Of a stretch of DNA of 64,000 nucleotides, positions 25,906-41,100 are shown one piece after another. A model generated the notes under the pieces. That model was not told where the DNA came from, did no database searches, and saw nothing but the letters and a program-made list of their open reading frames with translations. The stretch's first letter is position 1. Each line of letters begins with the position of its first letter. Both the position numbers and the translations under genes were made by a program. The DNA comes from Gordius albopunctatus (Eukaryota), in contig OZ193909.1 in assembly GCA_964276515.1 (NCBI GenBank), forward strand, positions 6,200,001 to 6,264,000. Direction: 5' to 3'.

Positions 25906-28900
25906 TTATCTTTTTCTCCTTAAATCTTCCACGGCCACATCCAAATGCGCTTCTAGTTCAACGTGCTCGCATTCCTTTGTGTTATTAAGGGGTTAATTAA
26001 TAAATAAGAGGTTTCAAAATCAAATATTTCGTTAAAACATCCAAATATTAATATCAACAAACATCAAATTTTAAATGTATATAGAGTGACGGTTATTAAA
26101 TGTCCGGATCCGACCTTGGGTGTTATACCATTAGATCCATGATGATTTATTAGCCTAGCAATACAGACAGACTACAGAAAACTAAATAAATAGCATAGAG
26201 CCCCAACCTCTCTCTCTAAGAGTAACAAACTGCTAAGCGTCACATTTTCATCTATTATATTAAGCCCAAACGTTATATAATAGTATGATAATTAACTTAT
26301 TACAAAGCTATTTATACAAAAACTCATCTTTTAAATATGCAAGAAAATCATGGGTTATACAAAGTGAGGATTTCGCAATTTATACGCCCTTCTTAAACCT
26401 TCCAAATTAATTTAACCCAAAGACCATTAATAATAATTGTCACCCAAAATCGTTATGTACGAAGTTAGGCACCATTTTTAAAAACCTTTACTATACACAA
26501 ATTTTCGAGAGACATATATCCTCATTTAGGTTTAGCCAACTGAAACCAAAGGTAGAACACTACGCTATTGTGAAATGTATGAACATGTATGTATGCAATG
26601 TGAAACTTGGTATAGGGGAGGATGTTGGGCATGGTAGTGGAATCCTGATTCCTTACATGTAGCCAACACGTTCATCCCATAGTCCGGGGTTATGGTAAAT
26701 ATTTTAGTCCTTCAAATAATATATTACATTTAACCTTATTTTAATCTTATTATTATCATACATATATATATTTTTTATTTTGTAATTATTATTATTATAA
26801 AGTAATTTAAGTTTATTTTAAAAAATGAATTACTGGTCGTGAGAGGGGGCACATACGATCGCGACGTATTCGGGGAGTAATTGTTGGTTCGGGAACTGGT
26901 TGTGAAGATCCACACTGGAGAGAAAGGCTGTTTGGGAGGGATGCGTCTGTGAAATATAAAATTTAGTTACAATTTAAAACATGATAGTCGATAAAAATGT
27001 TTTTAAAGAAAGCCGTATATATAATTTAATGGCAAACAGGTGGGAAAAATTTATAATAAGTTCAATTATTAACAGTGAGATCTCGTCAATTAGAATCGTT
27101 TCTAAGCATGCTCGTTTTTTGCGTAAACACAATTAATTTCGATCGGTTAGAATTGACATTAAACATTTGAATAAGCCTAAACCCGTACAGCAAATCTCTC
27201 AGTGTGGCCGGGATTTGAGGCGATTTTTGCTGCGCAGCTAAATCCGATATTAAGACAAGCCCTTACATTTTATAATCACTATACATATATCACTTTAGCC
27301 AAACATATATCCCAAGCATACAGCTTGCCAAAAAATGGACACAATTAGGAATTAGATGAAAATGTGGTATTAAATTAAATAAATAAGCGATAAAACATAA
27401 GACAGAAATTACGTAGAGGGAAATAATGGACAGATCTCGGAATTATCAAAAGATTAGGAAGGAGGGAAATTGGCCTAAGTCAAAAATAAAAACCGCAAAC
27501 GTGCTTAAATCTAAATAACAATAGCAAAACTTAGATTAAAAAAGTAGTGTTAAAAATACATTATATGGTTCATTTATTTTGCACTGTATGTAAACAAAAT
27601 TACATGTATCCAACCGAGGGTTAGCAAATTTTTGGCTTCTTTAAAATCAACCATTTCTTCCTCGTTAATAGCTGAGAATGAATCTGATTTGCCACTTTGT
27701 TTAGGAATGACCAGATGTGTGATTGTGAAAACATTTTGAGACTAAATGTGCAAACATTTTGAAAATATTGATAATTTAAAGATTAGGAAATTTAAGTTTG
27801 ATATTTATAACTTTAAATACCAATTTTCCAAAAAGGTGGCCCCCAGTTTCAATGTTCTTTTCAGTATTTGATTCTGCTAGGGATAAAAATATTGCTACAA
27901 GATTTTTAGGTATCTTCATAACTCTCAATTGTGAAGTTTGATCCCTAAAATTAGTGAGTAAACAGTTTTGTAATTTACAAATCAAAAGTCTAAAAAAGAT
28001 TACAAGCACATATTATATAATTATTTTAATATTGGCAATCTTGACCCATGCAAAAACAAAACCATATTAATGTTTTTAGGTTTAATTTATATTAAACCTA
28101 TAATTTGGCTATAAATTAAAAAAGATACCATTAAAATTATTAAAAATTAAAAGTTCTATCCCTAATAAAATAAAAAATTTACCTATAAACTTCATCATTC
28201 ATATTACTATTAACATCTTTGGGCTTTAGACTACGAGGAGGAACTATAGGTACAACCATTTCAGTTTTGAAATCATCATTTATATTAAATTCATCTTTGT
28301 TAAACTCATTGGTGGGATTGGAAAAATGATGGCTATTGAAATTATTGTGAATTATAGAATTGGAAATATTTGCAATTTTAGGAATGTTAGTGTATGAGTC
28401 TCTAGGCTTATCTATCTTGGCTTTTTCATGCTCAATTTGTTTAAGTAATTCATCTTCCTCATTCTTCTTTCTTATAGATTCTTCAACCTCTTTCTATATA
28501 TAAATGGGTTAAAGATTTATTAGATACCTAGATTTTTAATAAATATATAGATATATGTCCCATTTAATAATTTTGTATTATCAATCTAACATTCAAGTTT
28601 AACATATACTTATAAAACAATCAATAAATATTGTTTATTGGACTTAGTTTTAAAATATGTATTTTTAAAGGCTACCTGAGATTTAATAAGATTTTCATAC
28701 TCTTTACTATATTTATTTAAAACTTTCAATTTTAATTCTTCTGCCTTTGGAAGTACTTCTTTTAAAACCTTTAAAATTATAATATAAATTGTTTTTTTTA
28801 CTTCTTTGACATTGTGCTTCTCAATAGATGGAATGGTTTTGTATTGTGGAAGAGATGGCAATTTTTCTAGAAACAATCTAAGATAAATTAGATATATCAA

Positions 28901-29105
28901 TGGTAATACATCTATACGTTATGTATTTGTAATATAGCATAAAAGCCCTTTCAAGATCTCCTTCTTTTTCGTAGGTCTTTGCCATAGAAATCATTTCTGG
29001 TCCCGAGCGAAAATATCGTATTAACGGACAATCTGGAATAATCTCTACGTCTTGGAAAAGAGATTTCAACCTAGAATTTGGTTCAAAATAGTTATCTTTA
29101 TTCAT
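25906..29105 (-). CDS. STAMBP: STAM-binding protein / AMSH-family JAMM deubiquitinase; exons 29105-28918, 28877-28802, 28768-28676, 28493-28183, 27944-27821, 27741-27604, 26946-26834, 26709-26607, 25974-25906
   Basis: N-terminal USP8-dimerisation/MIT-like region ([35 protein letters not shown]). MPN+ domain [10 protein letters not shown]..., [19 protein letters not shown], second Zn site C..SGFHYH, and C-terminal VEDLR. All junctions are GT-AG and in phase. Confidence 0.95.
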
Positions 29106-32100
29106 TTCAATGGGGCCACATCTGATTTTGCGTCCTAGTGCAATATGTTACTCTACGCATTAATTTAAATAAATTTGAACTAGCCTAAGAGTATTAATAC
29201 AGGAAAAGGGGATTAAAATATTTTTAAATAAAATTTAAACAAAAATTTATCCGAAAATTTTTAGTAGTAATCATGTTAAGAATCTATTTTTTATTGCCGG
29301 TAATAAACAGTATCTTCTTCCAGCATGCGATCTGTGGTTGAAAAAGTTTCACAAGTGGTACATACAGCGGGGATATATTTTAAAACACATGTGCCGAATA
29401 TATATATAAAATTCATATATAAGGCTAAAATATGTTAAGAACAATCTGCTTTTTAAGGTAGATAATGATGGATTTATGATAGATTTAATCGTTTAGAGGA
29501 ACATTAAAAAATTGTAATTTTAATTAAATACATTATATAAAATACACGATAAAGCAGTTTTAAAATATAAATACAGTCAAAACGGTATAAGTTATGATCT
29601 AATAAATGGTAATGTTGTTCATTGATAGGTAACCGCGATGTTTTAAGGACATTAATCGTGTAATTTTAAGTAATTGTATAAATGTAAACATCAGATAAGT
29701 GGCTAAAATTTAATTAAAAATTATAATTTTATAGACATAATTTGGTGTTTGAGGGATAATGTTATTATTGCATATTGATAAAACATGAATATAAAAAATT
29801 AAAAGTTTCAGTCAAAAAAAAATTTGTGGAGGATTAAAATGGTGGTCTGATGCTCCTATATAGGATATGTAATATTGCGGCTCCGTTGCATACCAATGCC
29901 TCTAAAAACTTGTGTGTAAATAAAGAATCAAGTTTGTTTTTCAAAGCCGAAAGTAAAATGACTTTTGCTTTTACCTATAACATAGTAATGGGAAATGAGA
30001 TAAATAAATGAAGAGTGACACATAGGCGCAGCCAGGGGGAGAGGAGCAGAAGGCCCCCCTTTAAATAAAAAAAAATTCATTACAAAAACCCTTAAAAATT
30101 ATGTTTAGATTTCCCCCAATAGAATTTAAAACATTTTCGCCCCCCCCCAATCCAAAACCTTGCTAAGTTTATGGATTAACATGCTTTTTGTTACACGAAC
30201 AGCACTGATGTTATTGAAAAACAAAAAATTTCATGGATTGAAAGGAATTTCCAATAAAATAATCTCTTACAAATTTACAATATGATTCGAGTTTATACTT
30301 TATAGTTATAAAATACTAATTTTATGAAGATAGGAATAAAAAAATTAAGTGCTGTAATATTTAGAAATTTTAAATATGAAATTACATATGTTTACAATTT
30401 TATTTAGTATAACCTCAGAGATAAACCAAATGTAGGCTGTTGTCATCAGCCAAATCACTCTCAATCAATAAAGATGCCTACAAGACCTCTGACCCTTGAC
30501 CCACTTGTTTAAAAACCTTAATACTTGTCTTTTATAATGTAAAAAGTAATTTTTAGAGGTTTATTATAATAATAATTAAATACCTACAAAAAATTATGCA
30601 ATTACGGTAATGTTCATTGAACTATTGTATAAGTGTTCAAAATCGCTTAATTGACAATTTTTTACACATTTCAGACCTAGTGATTCTCAAGCGATTTTGA
30701 TTTTACCTCGTACAAGGAAACTCGCAGGCCGTGATGGCTTCTATTGTAAAGCATGCTTTGGTAATTGGTAGAAATAAATATAATAGGCAAATTTAAACAA
30801 GTTTTAGGTATTTGACAATTTAGGATTTGCTGATCTCTATGACAATGAGATTTTATAGTTGCCATCCTTTATTAGACCTTTAAAACTGCCTAAGATTGGT
30901 AAGAGAGACAGAAAATAAAAGAATAACAAGTGATCTTTTATAGAAATAAAATCGTAAATATTCTACAAGCTATAAAAGTCTCAACAGTTTCTCTGTCGAG
31001 CTAGTAATTTTTGGTCGGTACCAAAAATAAAACCGAGCTTTAAATTGTTTAAATATATTGATTGACACTAGCTCTTATTTCAAATAAATCATCTCAAAGG
31101 CTTTCTTTAGTTCAAAAAATCTATTGTTTTGGGACAAAAGAACTTGTTTATTAGTAACCCTGTTAAATATCAATATTGCTAGTCAAATAGTCATTAATCT
31201 CCGGTTGATTTAATTTCCACTTTTTATTTATACTTGTAACTTTGTTACATTACCTTCTTTCGGATTTATTTGATTGATCTAATAATATTAGATATTTCGA
31301 TAGTAAATCATTCTGATTAAACGTGGATAATATAATATAGGTATTTTAATGGGGAAATATCATTTTAGTCAAAAAGTACACGTGATTTTTCAAAAACATA
31401 CAAAAAAATATTGAGCAAACCAGAGTTAAATATTATTTCGGTTTTTGGTTAATTTTAGTAAAACCATATAAAAAACTTTAAATTTCTAACGAATTACAAT
31501 TAAAATGATTCACAATAGCATTCATATATATGAAATTTCAGGGGCAATTTAATCATTGAAAATCGTGTTAAATATTCGGTCTTTTAATACTTCAAATTCA
31601 ACACATTTTTTCCAAATTTTATCTTCATCCCATCCTATTTATTTTGGGTAATCAAGAGCGAGACTTCTTTGAAAGTAAGCAATTTATTTAATCCATTTAT
31701 TTATAAAAAAATAAAATATAAACAACGTATCTGACAATTAAAAATTTATCGATGCAAAAAACAAGCACAGACAACGTTTAACAAAACGACAGTCCCAGGA
31801 ATGGAACAACAACGATTTAATTAATATACACAAAATAATAAATACATCCAATATATTACAGATGATATCGTATATTATGCCTTATTTGTGATTTTCAAGA
31901 GTTATTTTAGGTATTGAATAAAGGGGTATAAAGATTCAAAGAGGGTACATGATACTTGCTTAACCTGAGGCAACGACGCCCAAAATATAAGTTTAGCTCA
32001 AAAATAAAAAACATCGTAGAAAATCCTTTTTTATATAATATGGTAAAAAACACGAATTTTGAGTAATTCTGATCCAATTTTCACATATTAAATATAAATT

Positions 32101-35100
32101 TCAGACGGCGCATGCTGTATCTTTATTCCACCACCGTGAGATTTGATAAGATTTGGGCGGGATGTCGCCTAAATGTAAGTGGCGACAAATTTGACACATG
32201 TAAGTTTCGGTACTGGGCCCGGGGCCGGCTGCGTAAAGAGCTCTCCAAGCGTGATAACTATTATAGGCGGTATCGTTCGTGTTTAGGAATTTCAAATATT
32301 CCGCTAGGTCGCGCAGATTGGATGTGGTAAAATGGGGATGATAAGGGGGAGTATCGGTGGAGTTTTGCAAATCTTCTATATAGTGTCATGTTATGGTGGG
32401 AAAAACAGCTTAATAAATAAATTAAATTCACGAGCTATCATTTATAAATTATAATAGAATAGTTGTGTTTGGGAAGTTAATAAAAGCTTTTAAGCCTCGC
32501 AAGTAGTGTTGTAAAAATGGCTGGGTTTTGATTTTAGTCGATTGAACATAGGTAGGTGGATACAGGGTTTGACCAAAAAACCAGAAAAAAATTTTTGTTG
32601 CCGTTTTTACAACACTAGTCTCAAGGCGTGTAAGCCAAATTAGAGGTCTGCAAGGTCACTATTTTTCAACCCGAACCCGAGTCACTCGTGCAGGCCATTA
32701 AACCAAATAAATCTAGCTCAGCTTATAATAAGTTTATATCAATTGCTTTCCCTTTTGAAAATATAAAATAGAAGAACGCCCCCGTTAAAAGTACAAAATT
32801 CAAGGTGTTTGTATTTTTTCAATTCAATAAATTATCGCAACCGTAGGTTAAAAAAGGTTTGAAGGAAAAATATGAAGTGTAAATCGATAATTTTAAATAA
32901 GTAAGCGCTTTTGCAGATTTAGCCGCAACACCATCACTCAATTAGCATTGGTTAAGGGACAAAAAAAGGTTAGGACGTTACTTCTTTTGGACCAAGACTT
33001 TTTTTACCTTATTCTGCGCCGCTGGGACTTGACAGACAAATAGCAAAGTTGACTAAAACCATTATTAATTTGGCATTAAACGCTTGATTAGCAAAATAAA
33101 TAAATTAAGGAAAATGACTATTTTAAGCAAACTCGGTGACATCCCAACTCTCCCACTAAGAATATATTCTAGTGCTGTAAAAACAGCTGGCTTTTGCTTG
33201 GTCAAACTTTGCTTTTAACCGACTAAACATAAACAAACCACAGACGAAACTTTTTGGTAAAACCTTTGGTTTCTTTATATTTGGTCGACTAAACAAAACC
33301 CAGTCACTTTTACAACACTTATGTGCTGAATTAAAAGGCCTAAATAGCCTTACCTCCTGGAACCGGTTGGTAATGTCTATCCAGGGGAGATGCTACGTAA
33401 ACGAATGACATGGGGGGTAAGTGGGCCACATAATCAGGGTACCGGGCCCCGTAAACGACGGGTACTAGGCCATACTTCAAGGCCCGGAGAGATTTTTCTG
33501 TGACGTATTCGACGCAATTGCTGTTTTCGAAAGCCAAATAAAATTTGTAAGGGGCTAGCAAGGATGCTTCACAATCACCCCTCTCGCTACTTTTCCTAGA
33601 GCAGGTCGTTGGATGAGAACCACATTGCCCGTAAACATCTAGCTCCGCGTCAGGCTTTAAATACTGCCCCAATTCCTTCACGTATTCTACGCAAAACAAT
33701 AAACAATGCGTCCAAAACTGTTAGGTTGCTTAAGGGCTTGTTTTAATATCGGATTTTGCTGCGCAGCAAAAATCGTCATGCGGGTTATAACAGTCTATGG
33801 TTATAAGATAGCCCTGTCTTAACTTCGAATTCACAGTAGATTTACATTTCAGACGCACAACATAACAGCGATTTTGAAAGATGCAAAATTTTTCCTACGC
33901 TTAAATGTTGCATTTTTTTAAATTTTTAGGTATAAGCAAAGTTTGGATTTAATCTCAAGAGTTAAAATAAACAAAAAAAACGTTTTTAACTATCAAAAAA
34001 CAATATACTAATAATTACAACATAGTTTGGCCCATGAAATTGAATAGGATATTTAGACAAAAATAAATTCGCGCAATTTGACTCTGAATCCGATACTGAG
34101 ACAAGCCCAAGACTAAGTTGGTCCCGATAAAAATAATAAGCATAGTGGTAAACCTTATAGAGTTACACCTTAAAAAGCCAACTTCAAAAACAAAAAATTG
34201 GAATAAATTTTGCGTGGGTTTAGTTATAAAAATTTGTAAAAAAATAAAGAGCACAAAAATCTGCAGATATGACTTTGCTTAAGTAAGGATATTCAAATAT
34301 TATAGCGTTTTTATCGCTAACGACACTAATATTTCGTTTGGCTAAATATAACTTCTAACAAAATTTGGAGGCTTGTATAGTTAAAAGTCTGTTATGCAAG
34401 ATAAAGCAACCTCTATTTTCTGATGTCACAACAATGTAGCGATCGCTAATTTTGAATGAATTCGAGGCACACACTTATTCAATTTCCTATTATAATTTAA
34501 TTTTATTTACTCATCAAGTTCTCATGGTGCCTACAATCAACGTGTTTGCGGGAAAATGCAAGTATTTAATTAAATATTATAAAAAAAGTAAAAGACCCCA
34601 TATTATAATATCCTACCACAAATCAACGACCGCTTTTAACCCTATTATATTTGCTTAACCGAACCCGGTAGTCGAAGAAATTAAGCCTTTCAAATAGCGG
34701 AAATCGCTTAAGGTAAAAACACAGTTAGCTCCATTTAAGACTTGTAAGCAAATTAAGGATTTCACGGCTTGAAGGCATGCTCATAGCTGTTGACGGAAAC
34801 AACTTTAGTTAAGTCCATATTCACATAAACACCTCTGCAGGCAAATAAGTATTAAGGAATTAGGTTAATCGATATAAGAGGGGAGGAGGCTCGAATGTTT
34901 AAAGAAGTTTCAAGAGCGAGCCAAAACTATTTGCGAACATTTTTGAGGCAGAAATTATCCATACTGAGCTTGAATTAAAAAATCGGTTTTAAGGCTTTCA
35001 TTTAGCAGAAACTTATATCATAGAGAACAGAGATCAGAAAAACCCGGCCCCGCTGCCCAGCCGGTCCGAGGGTACCATAACAAGATTGTAATTCGGGCTT

Positions 35101-38100
35101 AATGAGATTTTTTATGTAAAGTATAATTTTATCTTTTAAAGATTTATGAATATTAATCGAGTTGAAAAATTATTATTTAAACTAAATAATCATTATTTCG
35201 AGCCGGGATGTAGGGGAGGGGGAATTTAAACAACCGTCACCTTTGAGGAAATAACTTAAGTATACACCCGTTTTAATTCGATGGTAAAGGAGGAGCGATT
35301 ATAATTTTGAGGAAAATTGACAACATAAGCCTGTCTGGAGGCTGCGATATGAAACATTAGAGGTAGGTAGCAGGGTTAATCGAATTTTACCGATTTCGCG
35401 GTTGACAGAGCCTAACAGGATTAGAAAAGGAGATATAACAGGACCTAAACATAAAATTTACCAGCAAAATGTCTTACATAATATAGTGACGATGAAGATC
35501 ATATAGTGACAATAAGAGTAGAAACAAAAAGTGAGTCATAGTAAAAATAAAATGGCTGGGTTTTGATTGGTCGACCTGAGGTTTAACTCACACTAACGGT
35601 TGACTGCAGTCTCTTTTTCAAATTTCGACTGAGCCTAGTGGTCCAAAAGAGAGCAAAAAATCGTTGGTCTGCCTATGCTTAGTCAACTAAGACCAAAGGC
35701 CGACCTAACAAAGCCCAGCCGTTTTTACAACACTAGTTAACACTTTAAGACTTGAGGCTTGTCTTAATATCGGATTCAGATTCAAATCGCGCTAATTTAT
35801 TTTGGTCTCAATATCCGATTCAATTACGTGAGTCAAACTTGGTTGTAATCATTAATATTTTGTTTTTTGAAAGTTAAAAACGTTTTTTCGTTTATTTCAA
35901 CTCTTGAGATTAAATCTAAACTTTGCTGATACCTAAAAATGTAAAAACATACAACATTTAAGGTTAGGAAAAATTTTGCATCTCACAAAATCGCTGTTAT
36001 GTAATGCGTCTGAAACGTAAATCTGCTGTGAATTCGAAGTTAAGACACGTCTATTTTATAACCCGTAAGACGATTTTTGCAAGCCCTTCGGTGTAAAAAC
36101 TTAGTATGCTTGGTTGGCTGCGTATTAACTAAGATTTTTTAACGTGCGCAGTTAGTTTTATTTTATTGATGAGATTAATGACATTTTTATTAATTTAACT
36201 ATTTAATTTTGACATCAAAACTATACTTTTTTTGAAATGAAGTTGCTACCAATAAAAAAAGCTTTGGTCGAGTAAGAGAGGGGATCTAAATTTGTATCAG
36301 CTGTCGTAAGGGCACGTCACAAATGGAAAAAGCCAGATGTAATTTGGAATTAGAGAGAAGCAATAATGATTTAGGGAGGAGTGATGGGGAAATAGCGTTT
36401 TTAAGGAGTTAAAGCTATAGCACATAGCACCCATATGCGGCTATGTCTACTAGCACATAGTCACTTTATGTGCTATTATAAGCTATAGGAGATGGGAGGT
36501 TTGAGGCGCTAGAGCTATGGGAGATGGGAGGTTAGAGGTGCTATGAGCTACAGCCGATAGCACTTAAATGCGCTACTCCTATAGCACGGCGCTAACACTG
36601 GGAATAATTTTTTTAATTGTTTATTTATTAGATATTAAATAAAATACATCTGTTGTGTGCCATCACCCTTTCTCTGTGAAAATATAATTATTTTGCCCTA
36701 TCTTACCATCTAACTACGACTTATCTATATATAAATTTAATTAAGTGTATGACTTTAATTTAAATATTTTGCATTGCTTCTACATTTATTTTATCAATAA
36801 CTCGCCCTCCCCCCCCTCTGACTGACGAAAAAATTTTTTTTCCAATGTAAAAAAACCCTTACAAATTATTGATTAGTATTAAAAGAAAATAAATTTTTCG
36901 CTCTCTTCTTTAATGTCTTCATCCTTTTCTTCAACTGAACATAAAAAATATGATGAATCTTATGAAAAATAATTATTCCCTGGCTACGACTGCCCCGGTC
37001 ATATCAACATAAAGCTTACTAATTAATAAGTAATATAAATCCGACTTAAATAACAAATTTAATCTTTAAGTGTAATATTTTCCAATTTGTTTTATTTTAG
37101 GCGGTTAAAGTATTTATTTTATACTAAATTTGGTAAATACTATAATAAAAGATTTCCTAAGTGAACCCGAACCCGAACCGGGTAAAACCTGATGTTTTAC
37201 AGAACTCGAACCCAAACACGAACCCATTTTAAAAACACCCTTAAAACCCGAACCCGATGAATACAAAAATGGGTTCGGGTTTTTAATTCAAAAATATATT
37301 GTGAATTCAATATCTCAGTTTTCTCTATCATGACAATGTAACGAAACGAAAACCATACGATTTTAATTTTAATATTTTTATATTCGATCACAAATGACTG
37401 ATCAAATATAAGATGTTTTAATTGTAAGATTAAATAATATATAAAAATTATATACATAATTTATGTGTTATATTTCATGATGGGAAGTATACGTTGAATA
37501 AAAATATTTTTGTGTAATTTATAATATGGTATGGCTTTTATTAATTATATTTTTATTGCTTTTAAATCCAAAAATAAAATTATATTTTTATTGCTTTTAA
37601 ATCCAAAAATAAATTAGAACATTAAAAATTCAATAAATACATATGCACAATGAGATGAAATAATTGGCATGTGAATTTAATTAGGTGCTATTTAAAAATT
37701 AAGTTAACTATTCAATAATTTTTTGAAGGTAATAATGTATTATTAGTATAATATAATTTCTTGAACCCGAACCTGTACCCGAACCCAATTCCTTAAACCT
37801 GAACACGAATTCAAAATTTATGCCAAACCCGAACACGATTTTATTTTGGGCGGGTTCAAACCCCTGCCTCAAACCTCCCATCTCCTATAGCTTAAAGTGA
37901 CTATGTGCTAGTAGACATAGCGTATTTAATAGGCTATTCCCCAGCGGGGAGGTGCTAAGCGCGCTACTCCTAAGCGTTTTCCCATCACTAGGCAAAATGA
38001 TCATTTTTCAAAAGTTTAGCCATAATTTAAATAAATTTTTGAATTTAGAGGGAGGCTGCCGGTCTTCCCTGCCCCCCCCCTTTGGCTACGCCCAGGTATA

Positions 38101-41100
38101 GTGGTCCCCAATAATAATCGAAAAAATGATTTGCAAAGCACCAGCACAAAAAAACGACCCCGACTGAATTAAATTAAATTCAAAATTTTTAGCAGTCCCA
38201 TTTGGCCAACCACTTAAACTTAATTAAGGGAAGCGACTAGTTAATCGAAATTCGATTGAAGTAAGAATCATCAAATCAACTATTCACTTTTGTGCTGTTT
38301 CGATCAAAGGAAAGCCTTATCATCTAATCAAGGTCACCACAGCCTCCTTTGATTCAGTGTGAAGTTAATTCGAAAATCCTTTTGACAATTCAATTAGTTT
38401 AATTAAATTTTCTTTGTTTTTTCATATAAAATATTATTAACTTCAATCTTATAGATATATTCTTTGGGTAGTGAATAAATATAATAATTTTAAATGTAAA
38501 AAAAAAATTACATACACGACTAAAAAATGTTAAAAACGCGCTATAACTAAACGGATGGCATTGATCCGTGTATGGAAATCGTGTTGGATATAACGATTTC
38601 CATTGTGATCTTTTGCCCGATAAAAAAGTATTCTTATTTGTATTGTTCCACTTTCTTTCTCTCAGTGGAAGAGATGAGGTCGGGGGAGGCGTAACAAATT
38701 TTTTTGTAGGTACCGGAATATTTATGAATCTGGTGCAAAATGTAATATGTGCAAAATCTAATAATGTAATAATCGCATTTTAGAAATTGAGACCGGTTTT
38801 CACGCATATTCATACGCATGTAATATGTACTAAAAAAGTACTTAATAAAAGGATACTATAATTGTTAATTGAAACAAAATAAGTTAAATATCAAAATGTA
38901 TAATACTATTTTATAAATAAATACATATTATCAAATAAATCACTAAATCTAACCCTAACCCTTGCCTATATTACATTTTGCACATATTACATTTTGCACA
39001 GAAGTGATATTTATCATTAAAGAAAAATTAAATATATTGAGGTCTCCCTTCCCTGATGATTCACTCGAACAAAAATCTAGAAATTGGTTGTACTTGTATC
39101 TCTTACAAAAATTAATGTGGTGAACAAAAATCTTTGTTGTCTGTAAATTCCTCGTCCTACCAGTTGCCCCTTTAAACCGCGATGATTTTTTTATGATTAG
39201 ATAAAAATGATTCAAGCTGAAACAAAAATGCTAATATATAAACCAATGATTTCGCATAGTTATTCACATTAAAAATAATTACCAATATGTGTTAACTAAA
39301 AAACACATATCGAAAGATAGAATCAACATTATAATAATTTTATAGCCACTCCTATCATAGGTTAATAAACTTCCGCATTACTTAATGTCAATAATACTCC
39401 ATTATAGCAAACTGTGAGGTCATAAAAAGGTGGCATTAAGTGAAATTACGCTTCCTTTAATTGGAAACCTTTACATTTTTTGTAGGCTACTAGGTTAGGA
39501 CAAAGAATTATTTTGTTGCGGAAAACATTGTGATATAAGCCGCTAAACGGTTTATAAAGCTGTGCCCTAAAGTGACATTTAGGGCCTTGTAAATAAGATA
39601 TATTCTAATCCAAAGGCATTTTTAAATATAACATAACTTAAAGTCAAAATTTAAGACAGTTGCCCGACTCAGCCCAGCCCGTGGGCCTGACAGGCAGTGG
39701 GTCATGCTTTTATGGTGGCCTGGGTAAATTATAAACCTTGATTTGTAACCTAGTCTCCTCGGAATAAATTTGTTAGTCCGTACTACTCCATACCGTACCA
39801 GACAACATTAACAAAATGTGCCACCCGAAAATTATCTATTGAATATTTTTAGCTTAAGCACTTTTTTGTATATATGGCTGCGTTTTGACCAACTAGACCA
39901 GAAATCGTTTCAAAATATTTATGCGCGACTAATTGAAAACTGAGACGATAATAAAGGAAAGCCTGGAAAGCAAATTTTAGACGCCTATCACCTATTTTAT
40001 TATAAAAAGATTGGGATTTAAAACTTTGCACGCATAATAAATTTAAATCCAATACGTAAATTGCGATGCAAATGCTAACAATTAGGCCTCTAACTAATTA
40101 TTATTATAAGTGATAGACTCACGTAGGCGATTATTCACGGTATTGCAATTGCTTATGAAGCTAGCGGCCAATTTCCTTTTGCCCGCGGCCCAATTCCTGC
40201 CCTCCCCAATTGAGATGTTAATGCTGGGGGTCGATCCTAGACGGGATTGAGGCAATTTGCGATAGGAGACGTAAGGGACCACAATATCCGAATGTGACAT
40301 GTAAGTACCGGTCCAATTGAAGGATCCATCGTAGGAATTCAAGTTACAAAACCCGTTCCAACCCGTAAAATCGCATGTGTGGGGCGGCGATTCCTGTAAT
40401 GGATTCGTGAAAATTATAATTATAGCCTTAGGTAACTATTATAAAGGTGGGCACAGATCTTAATTGCTTCTTTTTAATATTTCTAAGAGCGCGATGTAAA
40501 GTCGAATGGTAATCTTCTTGACATCTTTTTAGTGTACTTAAGGTATCTAAGTCATTGTCTCTTGATTTCAAGAGCATACTAGTCACAAAATATGTGGGAG
40601 AAGTATGTGATTGTATTTATTTACTTATAAGAGAGGCAAGGGTAAATATGGATTTATACTCAACTCAGAAAAAACTTTGAAAAGCTATGTATATTTAAAA
40701 ATGGTTTGATCCCAAAAAGTCAATATGTACTAATATTAATAAGGAGTGTGAAACAATATAAAAAATTCAATTAATTTATATTTCTTGACCTATTATGGAA
40801 AAACATTGGTAAAAATGGAATTAAATTAAACTTATAAATTAATATAATGTAAGATTCTACCACTAAAAAGAATATCCATATTTGATTATAAGGGTGAGAT
40901 TCAGGTAAGGCATCAAAATATGGTAAATTTCTATAATGAATCAAAAGAGCATTGGCTTGATTAAGATAATTTTTTTCTGTTACAACTTTACAGGCTTTAT
41001 ATTTACACCCAGAAAATATTTTATTAAGGTCTTTATGGTACCAAGTTGGAGAATTGAAAAAATGTGTCCACAAAAGTATTATTTTATTATATTTTGTATC

